Origin: Lama guanicoe
Lineage: Eukaryota
NCBI GenBank assembly: GCA_013239625.1
Contig: MU053379.1
Span: forward strand, 3,330,866 to 3,394,865
Direction: 5' to 3'
DNA: 64,000 nt
Positions 1 to 12,149 of the stretch are shown in pieces (position 1 is the first letter of the stretch; each line of letters begins with the position of its first letter). Made by a program: the position numbers and the translations under genes. Below the pieces are notes generated by a model. That model was given only the letters and a program-made list of their open reading frames with translations, made no database searches and had not been told where the DNA came from.

Positions 1-2855
1 TAATGTGTACTGGTTGAATAAATAAATATCCCACCATATCTGCTGGTAAAAACTCAACATCTAAGAAGCCTGTATGCTGGAAAAAAATAGAAGAAAACAC
101 AAAGACTGTGAATTGTAGCTCCATGTCTCATATTCATCTGAGAATCAAACCAGACAATTTACATAACTCTGTGTAGCCTTTCTTCACCTGTAAATGAGGA
201 GGCCAAGCCAGCTGATCTTAAAGCCCTGTGCAGCTCTGTAACAGAGAATTACTGTACAGTCCCAAAGACCAACAAAAACAGAAAGCATATGAAAAAAAGG
301 TAATGGTGGTGCTTTCAGGCAGGTGGTAATGTGACAAAGGGAAATTGAAGAAATGTAAATAAGAATAAAGGAGAACAGAAGGAACATATTGGAAAACGGG
401 ATGGGTCGTGAGTGTGGAGCTATCCCAGACACAAAAGATCTGCCAGAGCCTTCGCGTCCTCCTCCTATGACCCCAGATCACCGTCAACAGATTTCATGAA
501 TTGAGCTGAAATGAATTGCCTGTACAGAGTAAGGATGTGAACAGGACAGGCCTCCTATATTTAGGGGCAGCAGCTAGCCCAGGGCCACGAAGCAGTACAG
601 CACAGAGCCACTTCTTCGTGGGCTGATTCAGTGCTCTTGGGTTTATTAAAACAGATTTTCCTAGGCGAGTTGCTGGATGCAAGGATTGTCCTTAGAGAGG
701 CTCTGGGCCTGCAGATGCTTCTGGGGCCTGAGTAGTTTGGCCCCTGAAGCAGCCAAGCTGACCATGGGGAATCCAGGCCACATGATGAGGGAATAGGGCC
801 CGAGTCTGCGCCCGGGAGAAAGGATACAGTGCAAGGCCTGATGTCTCGTGGAGGCAGAAGCAGCACATGGGACCTGATCAGAGAAGAAACGGAATAAAAT
901 GTGAAAGACTAATGGCTGGAGAAATAGGTGCAGGTAGACACCTGCTCTCCTGCTTCATTAGGCATCTTTAGCTAGCAGGTCTTGGAGAGATTCAACTATG
1001 TAGTGTTTTCCACATAAACTCCCCCTGCCCCCAAAATCATAGCAGAACCCTTTGCTTAACTACAGGTAAAAGAGGAATTGGAACTGGGGAGCCCTGTGGC
1101 TTCTGCAGAGCACAGTTGAAAACCCCTGCTCTCCAGTGTTTAGGAGGTGGGTTGGATGGATAACAACCAAGTACTGCGTATAAAAATAAAAGGCAAAGAA
1201 GACGAAACAGTGCAAATCCATGGGCCTCAATCATGCAGAGTTAGTTTGTATCAGTTACCAACTTACCACAGTAACTATTTCAATTTCAAAGACAACGTAC
1301 AGTTTTTATTTGCATTATTCATTTAGAGGAGTACTTACAATTCAGTAAATTTTTCAGATGCATGGAGAACACTCTACATTGGACTCTTGAAGACACTTCC
1401 TCACTGTTCTTTGTGAAGCCCTAATGCAGTCACCACTTTTTTGCTTCAGTGAAATGAATGGACTAATACTTATATTTCCATGAGAAAGTGCTCTGTCTTT
1501 AGGAGCTGTTACCAAATGATCCCAGAATGAGGAGATCAGGTGTGATGCCCAGTGCATGTTTACAGCTGATCTCAAAGAGCTTTTGTAGCCACAGGAACAA
1601 AGCATTTTTGCTTAAGTTTATTATGTAATAAATCTGTTTGTTTTGTTTATTTTGTAATCTGCCCCTGTCTCTTTTTAAAGATACTTTCTCTTGGAATTTG
1701 TAGAGTATGCCTGTTTAAAGCTCTTGGGTTAAAAATTAAATCTCTCTTGAGTTCAGAGGAGTAGGTATAGAACAGAGAGATATAAATTGTAGTTTCTTAA
1801 TTGCCTTATTTCTTTATCTTTTCTTGGCTTATTTCATCTTTTGTACTGGCCTTATGAAACTTATTTAATTAGGTATCTGTTTATATCAGTGCTGCTATCT
1901 GTTGTGTTAATAGCATTCTAATAGAGAAAAAAGAAATCCCTGCTTAACTGTAATTAAAAATGGGGCAGCTGTAATACCTTTTAAGATATTTTGAGGGAGG
2001 CAAGTCAATTTTGGTTATTATTGTCTGTTCATTTTTTGTATGCCAAAACAAAGGCTCAGAAAACAAATTGCTAAAAAAACAATTTTCTAATTTGATTATC
2101 TCAGAGGAGTGTTTCTAATTGCATTGCATCACTGCCTAATTTAGAAAATGTTCTGATACTTATCTGTGATGGACCACAATCAGGGACTTTTTAAGGCTTT
2201 AATTACCAACATATGAATCAAAGTGCTTTTTATGCCTTCCTTTTAAGAAAAAGTCATTCTATGATGGAATCACTTTCATCAATTCTAGTGTGATAATGAT
2301 GCAGACATCTTTATGTCGTTATTAGCACCAGAGCAAACTTGATTCCTATGGTGCTGATCACTGATGTCTACAGTGTGTTTGTATTCATGGAAAACAGAAT
2401 TTATTTTAAGTTGATGATCTAGCGGATAATATACTCTGTTGCTGTGACTAATAGGACCATAATATTATGTAGAAATCATACAGATAAGAATTCAGTAGGA
2501 TTGCTTTCTTTTCCTTTTTTAAGGACAAAACTTTTCCGAGAAAACACTGTGTAATATGTTACTTTCATAATAAAGTAACTGGATTTTCATGGTAGCTTAA
2601 TATATCAAGGTTTTATTTCCTAAATTGATAAAAGACTAAGTAAAAAATCCATCAAGTTTTATTTAAAACATATAACGTCTTACAGAATTCATAATGTGTT
2701 GTTTGTGAAACCGTTCTCTAAGGTAAGTTGAATTTTCTCAGTAATATTAGCCTTTACTTTCTGCTTCGTTCCTAGTATGTGGTAAAGACTGAAAACATAG
2801 ACAGGTGCTAGTTGTAATAATACCCTTCACAAGATCAAACTCTGCTTGTCTCTAG

Positions 2856-2948
2856 ATTGAGTATGAGGCTCAAATTAAGAAGATGCAGCTACTCTCAAAA
2901 GATAGCCTGGGGGGAAAACATGAACTGAAAGATGAAGACAGAGAAAAG
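2856..2948 (+). CDS. KIZ: Kizuna centrosomal protein, internal coding exon (about human exon 4), 93 nt, phase 0/0
   Basis: ttgtctctAG acceptor, AAG|GTAATA donor. Translates IEYEAQIKKMQLLSKDSLGGKHELKDEDREK, similar to recalled human KIZ LEYETQIKKMLCSKDSLGLKEELTDEDREK. Too short for the ORF track. Confidence 0.93.
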
Positions 2949-5900
2949 GTAATAAATTAAATGATAAACTTTCTGTTAACAGAGGATTTTTGGAGGGTTC
3001 ATCTGTTAAGATATTGTTTTAAGTAAAATCATTTTATTACAAAGATCTTTTTGATTAAACCTTAATTGATTATTTAAAGACATTTGTTTATAGAGTATTG
3101 TTTTAATATCTTGTTCAATTAAATTTGCTGTAAGGCAGTCACTGTGGGTGTAAGATAGATTCCAAAGAAAATCTCAGTGTTGTTGTAGGTGAAATTGTGT
3201 TTTCCAAAGTAATTCTTTGTAGCTCTTTTTCTCTTTGGTCCAGAATGTTTTAAGCGAGAAGTAAACAAAATGTGGCATTTTGCTTCTTTTCTTCGTATAC
3301 ATAATTTCATACATTTTAACCTTCTCATAGATAAAGTGGAAAGAGAGGACTGCATATCCAAGCAACAGACAAAAAGAATGGCAAGAAATACTTAAATAAA
3401 TTCCGCTGTGTCTGCTGTAATGCCAGCTTCTAATCCTTCCGCCCATCTCCATATAAATGATTCTGTTCAAGACCGTAGATGTTTTCTTCACTAAAAGCAG
3501 TAAAGCTCTTTTAGATGAAATGTCTGAAAACATCTTGTAATAACTTGGAGCATGCTGGCAAGAGTAGTCACTTGTGACTGTGTGAAACCCCCTCAGCCAG
3601 GCGATACTGTAATAAGCAAAAATGGCAGCGTCACTCCATTATTCCGAGGAGCCCGCGCGCGCTGTCCCTTAGGCTGCAGCATTCATTAAGAAAAGCTTGC
3701 TGGGCCGAAAGCTGGGGACAGATGATAACGGGATATGATTTTCATATTTAATGCTTTCCTTGGAAGAGAATGTGTGCGACAGATTGATAGAAGAATCAGC
3801 GGCTACTTTACTGAGAGACTTTCAGGTCCGCCCTGCAGCTACCGATGGAATCATTCAGCCAAGAAATTAACTTTTTCTCCTTTTACCTGCTTTATGTATC
3901 TGCTAAGCAGGCTGCCTGGCTGCCAGTGAATGTTATTATGCAGTTAACTGTTTGGTATTTAAGACTCTTATCAGAAAAGAAACAGAGGCCACACGATTTT
4001 GTTTTTATAGTAGGAGTAAGGTTTTAGTTTTTCTTTTTTCTGTGCATTAGCAGGCATTAATCTGAGTGTATAGGAAGTTTTAGTTTTTCTTCCCAAAGAT
4101 TAGAAAGTTAAAAAACCTAGAATTTAGAGCATTCTTTAAACTGTAAGATACAAAACCGCAAGCTCCAGCAGCTTTGACCCATATAAAAAGGCCTTTAATG
4201 ATAAATGATTTCTGTGCCATTAAATGTACACCAAATGTGGTAGTTGTGATAGACTTCTGAACCATTCAGGCAGCCTTTCTGTTTGACATTTGGTCATGAA
4301 ATAATTGGCATGTTTTTTCATCTATAAACCAATTTGTTCTTTCTGTGCCTTTCCTGATAGACACAATGTTAGTGTGGTGGTGTCAATGGTACTTAAGTAA
4401 AACGGAAGACTTTTTTTCCTATTTGCACTACTGATTCCTTAACCTTACATATACTTATATAGTCTCCTTTTAAGTCATATTTAAAATTAGGGCAAGAGAC
4501 ATGCAGCCAACAATTCCTTAAAATATTGCATAGAATAATTAGAAAAGTTTTTAAAATTGTCATCTCCTTGAAAGCTTTGACTGTCAGCTGTATGTAAGAA
4601 TCAATTAGGTAATGTTTTGAGACATTTATATGCTGCCTTTTTCAATTTCCTACTGATGTTTCAGCACGTGAAAGGTGAAGACATTTCAGCACAATCCAGG
4701 ATTAGCTAATCCTTGTTATATACTGACCCAGAACAGCTCCGGATCACCTGAGTTCATTTTGTTGCTCAGTAGAACCCATGTTCCTCCTCCTTGTGCAGTC
4801 CTAAGGGTTAGTCTCTGTGCCCAGAGCGCTGGGCTCCAGGGACTGGCCAGATGCTGGTGGTTGACTTAAGTAAATCGTTGCTGAGCACGTGCTCTGTTTG
4901 AGAAGCCACAGTGGGTCCCTCTCAGAATGATGCAGTGCCTGCCCTCAGGGTGCTCCCCACAAAGTCATGTTCTTTCTGTGGCACCAGATAGCACGTGCCA
5001 AGTGCCAGTTACACGGGGCAGGCCACGTGAGCCACATGGAGAGAGAGTAATCCATGGCTTGGTGGGGCGGGTGGTGTGTGGGCTGGCGAGGACGGTGGGC
5101 AGGTGTCAGCCACTGGGGATGTGATAGACATTCTCGGGTCGGGAGAAGTTGTGAGCAAGGATGTAGAAGCAGGAAGCCCAGTGGGTGGTTGTGGGTCTGG
5201 CTGAAGGCTTACGTTCTTGTCGGGAAGTGGGAGAAGTTGAGCTTGGAAAGGTGCATCATGGAACTTAGTCCCAGGCTCGAGGACTTGAGGTCGTCTCCTG
5301 GAGTCAGTGTGCACGCGTAGAGGCAGGTGGAGGAAGGACTTGTGCCTGGGGCAGTTGCGTCTGCAGCCGGGCTGTGCGGGATGAGCTGCAGAAAGGGGCT
5401 AGTGAGGCGGAGGAAACCAGGACATCTCACATGTGTTCAGATGTGAGGGCTGAACTGAGGGCCTGACTTGGGGTGGAAAAAGCTAATTGGGTGGAAAACG
5501 CTAATGAAGGGGACAGGAGCTATCAAGTTAATGATAATTCTGAATTATAGAACAATATATCTTTAGAAAGTGGTTGTGCAACTTTTCAACCAAAAGAAGT
5601 AACCTGGGTGCTGTACTCAGAAGAGCCGTCAGGTCAGGTCATAGTTGCCTTGTTTTCAGTGTGAAAGTCTAGCTTGGTTCACAGTGTGTCATCCAGTGTT
5701 TCCTGCACCCAGTGGCTGCTCCAGAGAGTCCTGTGGGGCGTCATCATTGGCCTGCTGGCCCCCAGGCTTGTTTCCAGGTGAGTGTACTTAGTAGCCTTCA
5801 CTGGTGATGGTTAACAGACAGCAAGAAGACAAAGTGCAGGCCCCGTCTGGATCCTCACAGGTTTTACTGCAATACGGTAGTCCTTCTCCTCTGTTACACA

Positions 5901-6324
5901 TTATCTTTTTCTCTTTTGGCGTGAACTCTAATTCCGTTGGTCTCTAGGCATGCTCTTCTTGTTGCTCAGTTTTCGATATCAGCAGTGACTAGAGCATATA
6001 CACAGCACATGAACACATAAATTGTACCAAGAGAGACGAGATGGCATTTGTGAGTGAGAGCCTGGATTTGGGTGTGGGGGTTGTGAAGTTTCTTTGAACT
6101 GTTATACTGTGAAACATATTCTACTAAAAGCAGAAGTGGACTGGATGCTTCACAGAAGGATTCTGTTCTCCCAGGGCTGGAGAACGTGAAGGACCAGAGG
6201 GGAGCATCACAGGGCTGAAGGCTGTTTGGGGTGCTCTGCTCCCACGGTTGGAAGCTTTCCTGCAGGGACCATGTGGCAGTGGTTATGCAGGGGGTTCCTC
6301 CTGCTTCTAATTCTGGTAGTGTTA

Positions 6325-6432
6325 GATAGTTGATTAACTTGCCCAGGACTGTGCTGCTAGGCAGAGCCCACACTCTGACCCAGACCACGCTGGCTTCAGC
6401 ATCCGTGTTTCAGCCACCCTGCTGTACTGCCT
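6325..6432 (-). mobile_element. MIR SINE fragment
   Basis: taacttgcccagg...gacccagaccacgctggcttcag...tcagccaccctgctgtactgcct resembles the reverse complement of the MIR 5' half. Confidence 0.55.
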
Positions 6433-7347
6433 TCTAAGGTGGTGTTGGCCAAATGCTCCTCAAAAGTTGGGAGAAATTCCTGGTGGAATAAAACCAGCCT
6501 AGCTGTATCGTGTGAAGTATTTGAGTTACTCATTTAGATGGTGCGTTTTCGCCTAACCTTGGGAGAGAGTGAGTGGTAATATTCCAGCTGACCCCGGTGC
6601 TGCCCGAGTTTGTACTGGTTGAATTTAGTAAGAAGTCAGACATCCACCTGAGATTCATTATTAGGAATTTTTATGGTTTTTCTTTCAGAAAAGTTGTCGT
6701 TTAGTAACGCAACTTGAGTTTAACTTTCTCAGTTTTGAGTATTGTGGCACAGGCGATGGGCACTGGGGTCCTTGTGTTTGGGTTTGACTCCAGTGACCAA
6801 GAGCACATTGTTCAACCTGGCTGAACCTTGCCAGAGCGACAGTGATACCATGGTGGTTGTGAGGGCTAGAGAAGTTAATGCATAAAAGTCGGCTGGACAC
6901 CTGGTGCAGGACAAGTGTTCACTGACCCTGTGGCCACCCTCCCCGCCGTCACTGTCCTCATCGTCTCCTTCTCCACTAGGTGACCATACAAGGGTGTGCC
7001 GGCTTTTCAGCATGTACCTTCAATAGTGGAGAGGCCTGCAGGGGGACTGGGCGGAGGGTGGGGAGGGGAGGTGCCTCTGAATTAGCGAACGGGAGGTAAA
7101 GCTACCTGGTGGTAACAACTGGTCGTAGGTGATTTTAGGTGATTACAATACAAAATAACTTACAGAACATACCTTTGAAGCCTAAATTTAATAGATCCAT
7201 TTTAAAATTTTGGTAGTTCCATCCTCTGTTAGCTTGAATGGCCAGTAACCTCTCCTTGTGTGCTCGCTCGGTTGTCAACATTCAGTTGCGTCTATAAGCT
7301 CTCCCAGTGGCAGAATGAAAGAAGAGTTAAAAACCACATTGTCGTGA

Positions 7348-7730
7348 TGCCCTCGTCAGCCTGGGCTGCCACGACACAGTGGCACGGACTGGGTAGCTTA
7401 AACAGAAATTCATGTTCTCACAGCTCCGGAGGCTGGGTGTCTGGAAGCAAGGTCAGGGTGCCAGCTGGGGTGGCTTCTGGTGAGAGCTCTCTCTTTGGGC
7501 TGCAGATGGCTGTTCTCTCTGTGTCCTCAGGTGGCTTCTCTGTGCACGTGTGTGGAGAGCGATCTCTGGTGTCTCTGCCCCTTCTAAGGACATCAGTCCT
7601 GTTGGATTAAAGCTCTGTCCTTGTGACCTCACTTAACCTTAATTACCTCCTTAGAAGTCCCGTCTCCAAATACAGTCACATTGGAGATTACGGCTTCAAG
7701 ATGGGGGGGCACACAATTCAGTTTATAACA
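7348..7730 (-). mobile_element. MLT1A-like ERVL-MaLR solo LTR
   Basis: Typical MLT1 reverse-strand text: gggctgcc...ctgggtagcttaaacagaaatt...ttctcacagctccggaggctgg...tgacctcacttaaccttaattacctcc...tctccaaatacagtcacatt...aattcagtttataaca. Confidence 0.85.
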
Positions 7731-8279
7731 CACAATAAAGTAAATAATTCCTTCAGCATCTTATATGTAAATTTTTATTAAGGAATTTCTGGCAATCTCA
7801 GTATGACTTAAGGACTTGCTTACGTAGAAACTAAGAACAGTAATTATATTGTGTGAAAAGCTGGAAATTAGGCCTGATAGCTCCATTTTGCATTCTGCAT
7901 TCACCTTAGTACTTACCAGTTCCCTTGTCTGTGGGTAAAAAAATTAATATGTTAAAAATAAAGATTACCTTAGCATTCTGCAAAACATGAAATATAATAC
8001 AAATGTATTTTTCACAGTACAATAATAGTCAAGAGTCACCTGCTCTGAAAGCTGTCATTGATTTCCAATCACATCATTAGAATAGTTCTAAACTTGCTGA
8101 TACCTCCATAATAGGTCCTCTCCCCTTCCCCCAGTAAAGATGAACTCCTGATTTTAAAAGTTACTTTCTGTTCACTAATAAGCATTTTCAAGTGTATTCA
8201 TTTGCTTTGCTGTCACTTTCCCCGGCTCCCAATATATAGTCAATTTATTTAACCTAAAGAAAAATTATCCATTTCTTTC

Positions 8280-10975
8280 ATCCTCTACCTCCCACCTCTG
8301 ACAGCCATCAGTCTGTTCTCTGTATCTGTGGGCTTGGTTTGTATTTGTTTTAGATTCCACATGTAAGAGAGATCATACAGTACATTTCTTTCTTTGACTT
8401 ATTTCACTTAGCATAATGCCTCAAAATCCATCCATGTTGTTGAAGATGGCAGGATTTCCTTTTTTATAGCTGAATAATATGCCATTGTGTATTTTTACCA
8501 CAACTTCTCTATCTACTCACCATCAGTTATACTTAGGTTGCTTCTATGTCTTGGCTATTGTAAATAATGCTGCCATGAACCTGTGGTGCATATATCTTTT
8601 CAAGTTAGTGTTTTTGTTTCATTCAGTTAAATACCCAGAAGTGGAATTGCTGGAACATATAGTGGTTATGTTTTAAATTTTTTGAGGAACCTCCATACTG
8701 TTTCCACAGTGCACCAGTTTACATTCCCACCAAACAATGCACAGTTTCCCTTTTCTCTACATCCTTACCAACACTTTTCTTTTCTTTTCTTTTCTTTTCT
8801 TTTCTTTTCTTTTCTCTTGTTTCATAATAGCAGTTCTGACATGTGTGAGGTGATATCTGTCTGTGGTTTTGACTTGCATTTCCCTAATAATTAGTGATAT
8901 TGAGTGTGTGTTCTTGTACTTCTTGGCCATCTCTGTGTCTTCTTTGGAAAAATGTCTATTCAAATTTTTCTGCCCATTTTTTAATCAGATAATTTTTTGC
9001 TCTTGAGTTATGAGTTCTTTATACATTTTTGGATATTGCCCCCTGACAGATAAATGATTTGCAAATATTTTCTCCCATTCGGTAGGTTGCCTTTTCATTT
9101 TGTGGATGGTTTCCTTTGCTGTGCAGAAGCTTTTTAGTTTGATGTTGTCTCATATGTTTATTTTTGCTTTTGTTGCTCTTCCTTTTGGTGTCAGATTAAA
9201 AAATTCATTGTCAAGACTTATGTCAAAAAGCTTATCACCTGTATTTTCTTTTAGGAGTTTTATGGTTCAGGTCTTACATTCAAGTCTTACATTCATTTGG
9301 AGTTAGTTTTTGTACATAGTATAAAGTGGTGGTCTAGTTTTTCTTTTGCAGGTGTCTATCTAGTTTTCCCAACACCACTTAGTAAAGAGACTGTCCTTTG
9401 CCCATTGTATGTTTTTGTCTCCTTTATTGTAAATTAATTGATCATGTATATGTGGGTTTATTTCTGGGGTCTGTATTCTGTTCCATTGATCTTCGTGTCT
9501 GTTTTTATTCCAATACTATGCTGTTTTAATTACTATAGCTTTGTAATATATTTTGGAATCAAAGAACTTATATATCAAAGAGCATGATGCCACCAGCTTT
9601 GGTTTTTTTTTCTCAAGGTTGCTTTGGTTATTTGGGTCTTTTGTGGTTCCATACAAATTTTAAGATGATTCTGTTTCTGTGAAAAATGCCATTGGAATTT
9701 TGATAAGATTACATTGAATCTGTAGATTGCTTTGGATAGTATGGACATTTTAATACTGATTCTTTCGATCCATGAGTACAGAATATCTTCCATTTATTTA
9801 TGTCTTCTTCAGTTTTTTCATTGGCATCTTATGGTTCTCAATTTATAGTCTTTTACTTCCTTGGTTAAATGTATTTCTAGGTTTTTTTTTTAATGCAATT
9901 GTGAATGGGATTGTTTTTTTAAACTTTTCTGATAATTCCATTATTAATGTATAGACGCTCAACAGATTTTTGCATACTGATTTTTGTATTCTGCAACTTT
10001 ACTGAATTGGTTTATTCTACCAGTTTTCTGATAGAATCTTTAAGGGTTTTCTATATATAATACATATCATCTGCAAATAGGGACAGTTTTACTTGTTCCT
10101 TTACAGTGTAATTGCCTTTTATTTCTTTTTCTTGCCTAATTGCTCTGGCTAGGACTTCTGATACTATGTTGAATAAAAATGGCAAAAGTTAGTATCCTTG
10201 TCTCCTTCCTGATCTGTGAGGAAATGCTTTCAGCTTTTCACCATTGAGTATGATGTTAGCTGTGGGCTTGTCATATATGGCCTTTATTATGTTGAAATAT
10301 GTTCTCTCTGTACCTGCTTTGTTGATAGTTTTTTTTTATCATAAATGGATGTTGAATTTTGTCAAATGCTTTTTCTGCAGCTATTGAGATGATAATAGAA
10401 CTTTTATCCTTCATTTTCTTGGTGTGGTATATCACATTTACTGATTTGCAGATAATTGAACCATCCTTGTATTCCTGGAATAAGTTCCACTTGGTCATGG
10501 TGTATAATTCTTTTAATGTATTGTTGAATTCTGCTTAGTAATATTTTGCTGAGGATTTTTTCATCTGTGTTGATCAGGGACATTGGCCTGTAGTTTTCTT
10601 TTCTTGTGGCAGCCTTGTCTGGTTTTGGTATAGGGTAATACTGACCTCATAAAATGAGTCTGGAAGAGTTCCTTTCTCTTCTGTTTTTTGGAAGAGTTTG
10701 AGAAGGATTGGTATGTATTCTCTGAATGTTTGGTAGCATTCACTAGTGAAGCTCTCTAGTCCTAGATTTTTGTTTGTTGGGAGGTTTCTAATTACTGATT
10801 CTGTGTCATTACTAGTCATTGATCTGTTCAGATTCTGTTTCATCCTGATTCAGTCTTGATAGGTTGTATGTTTGTAGGAATTTATCCACTTCTAGGTTGT
10901 CCAGTTTGTTGGCATATAGTTATTTATGGTAGTCTTATGATCCTTTATATTTCTGTGGTATCAGTTGTAACATCT
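8280..10975 (-). mobile_element. LINE-1 (L1MA-type), 5'-truncated, 3'UTR plus degenerate ORF2 RT region
   Basis: Minus-strand ORF fragments are L1 ORF2-like (MNRHFSKEDT..., [41 protein letters not shown]) with many stops and frameshifts. Confidence 0.92.
8776..8813. repeat. (TTTTC)n microsatellite inside the L1
   Basis: About 7 TTTTC-type units read directly. Confidence 0.85.
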
Positions 10976-11515
10976 TTCCAGTATTTTTTAAGAGACTACA
11001 GATGGATAACTGTGACAGGAAAAGGAAGAACTGAACTAAAATCTTGGATTATAGATTTACCTCAAGCACTCAACTACAGAAAGTAATAGGAAGGCCTAGA
11101 AAAGGTGATCATTATGTCAGATCCTTAAACACTGACACATGCTCCTTCCTTTGGCCATAACGTTTGTCTCTCAAAAAACTTTTCAGTTACTAATATTATT
11201 CCACTGTCAACAATAATGTGAAAACTGCTTTGAGAAGACACATAATAAAGCAAGACCACCCCGTTTCCTATTGCAAAGCAAACAAAATGACAGACTATCT
11301 TGAAAAAAGAAAAGAAACACCTGTCTTGATGCCTGATCTCAGCAGGTGGGAAGGCTGCCCACCTGTGGAAGCCCTGCTGGTATTTTACTGGAGCCAGTAT
11401 TTTACTTTGCAAGTGTTGAGCCACTTCACATGTAGCATTGCCTTGTAGTGCACGGCAGTTAATTTTTGCAAGTTTCTTGTACTTTTTTTTTTTTTGGTTT
11501 TGAAAGTTTAAATAA

Positions 11516-12130
11516 TTGCCGGTGGGAATGTAAAATGATGCAGCCGCTTTGGAAGACAGTTCACAGTTCCTCACAATCTTAAGACATGCTTACCATATTA
11601 CCCAGCAACTCCACATGCCAGAAAGGTGAAGACCTGTATCCATACAAAATCTTGTACACAGATGTTCATAGCAGCAGTTTTCTTAATAGCTAAAAAGTGC
11701 AAACAATTTAGATGTTCATCATCTGACAAATGGATAAACAAAATGTGATATATCCATTGCAATGGAATGTTACCAGTCATTAAACAGAATGAAATACTTA
11801 CACCTGCTACAGTATGTGTAAACCCTGATTGTGTCAAATTAAAGAAGTTAGTCAAAAAATATTGTGTAATTCAGTTTATATGAAATGTCCAGAATAGGCA
11901 AATATTAGAGACAAGCAGGTAGGTAAATGGTTGCGTAGGACTGAGGGAGGATCAAGGAGGATGGGGAGTGATTGCTAAAGAGAATGGGGTTTCTGTTTGG
12001 GGTGATGAAAATGTTCAAAAGTTGACTGATGACTGCACGACTCTGTAAATATACTTCAAAAATCTTGAATTGTATACTTTAAAAGTATTGAAATTTATGA
12101 CTGGTGAATTGTATCTCAAACTGTTTTTAA
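11516..12130 (+). mobile_element. LINE-1 3' end (L1MB-like), sense to KIZ
   Basis: ggtgggaatgtaaaatgatgcagccgctttggaa...acccagcaactccac...tggataaacaaaatgtg...ggggtgatgaaaatgttc...gaattgtatctcaa, the typical L1MB ORF2 end and 3'UTR. Confidence 0.85.
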
Positions 12131-12149
12131 CAGTTTAAATCAAGTTTAA

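Noticed and set aside
5471..5506. 18-bp tandem duplication gggtggaaaa(a/c)gctaat
   Set aside because: Only two units; ordinary slippage with no functional context.
8280..10975. Active reverse transcriptase gene
   Set aside because: L1 ORF2 is broken by many stops and frameshifts and is 5'-truncated.
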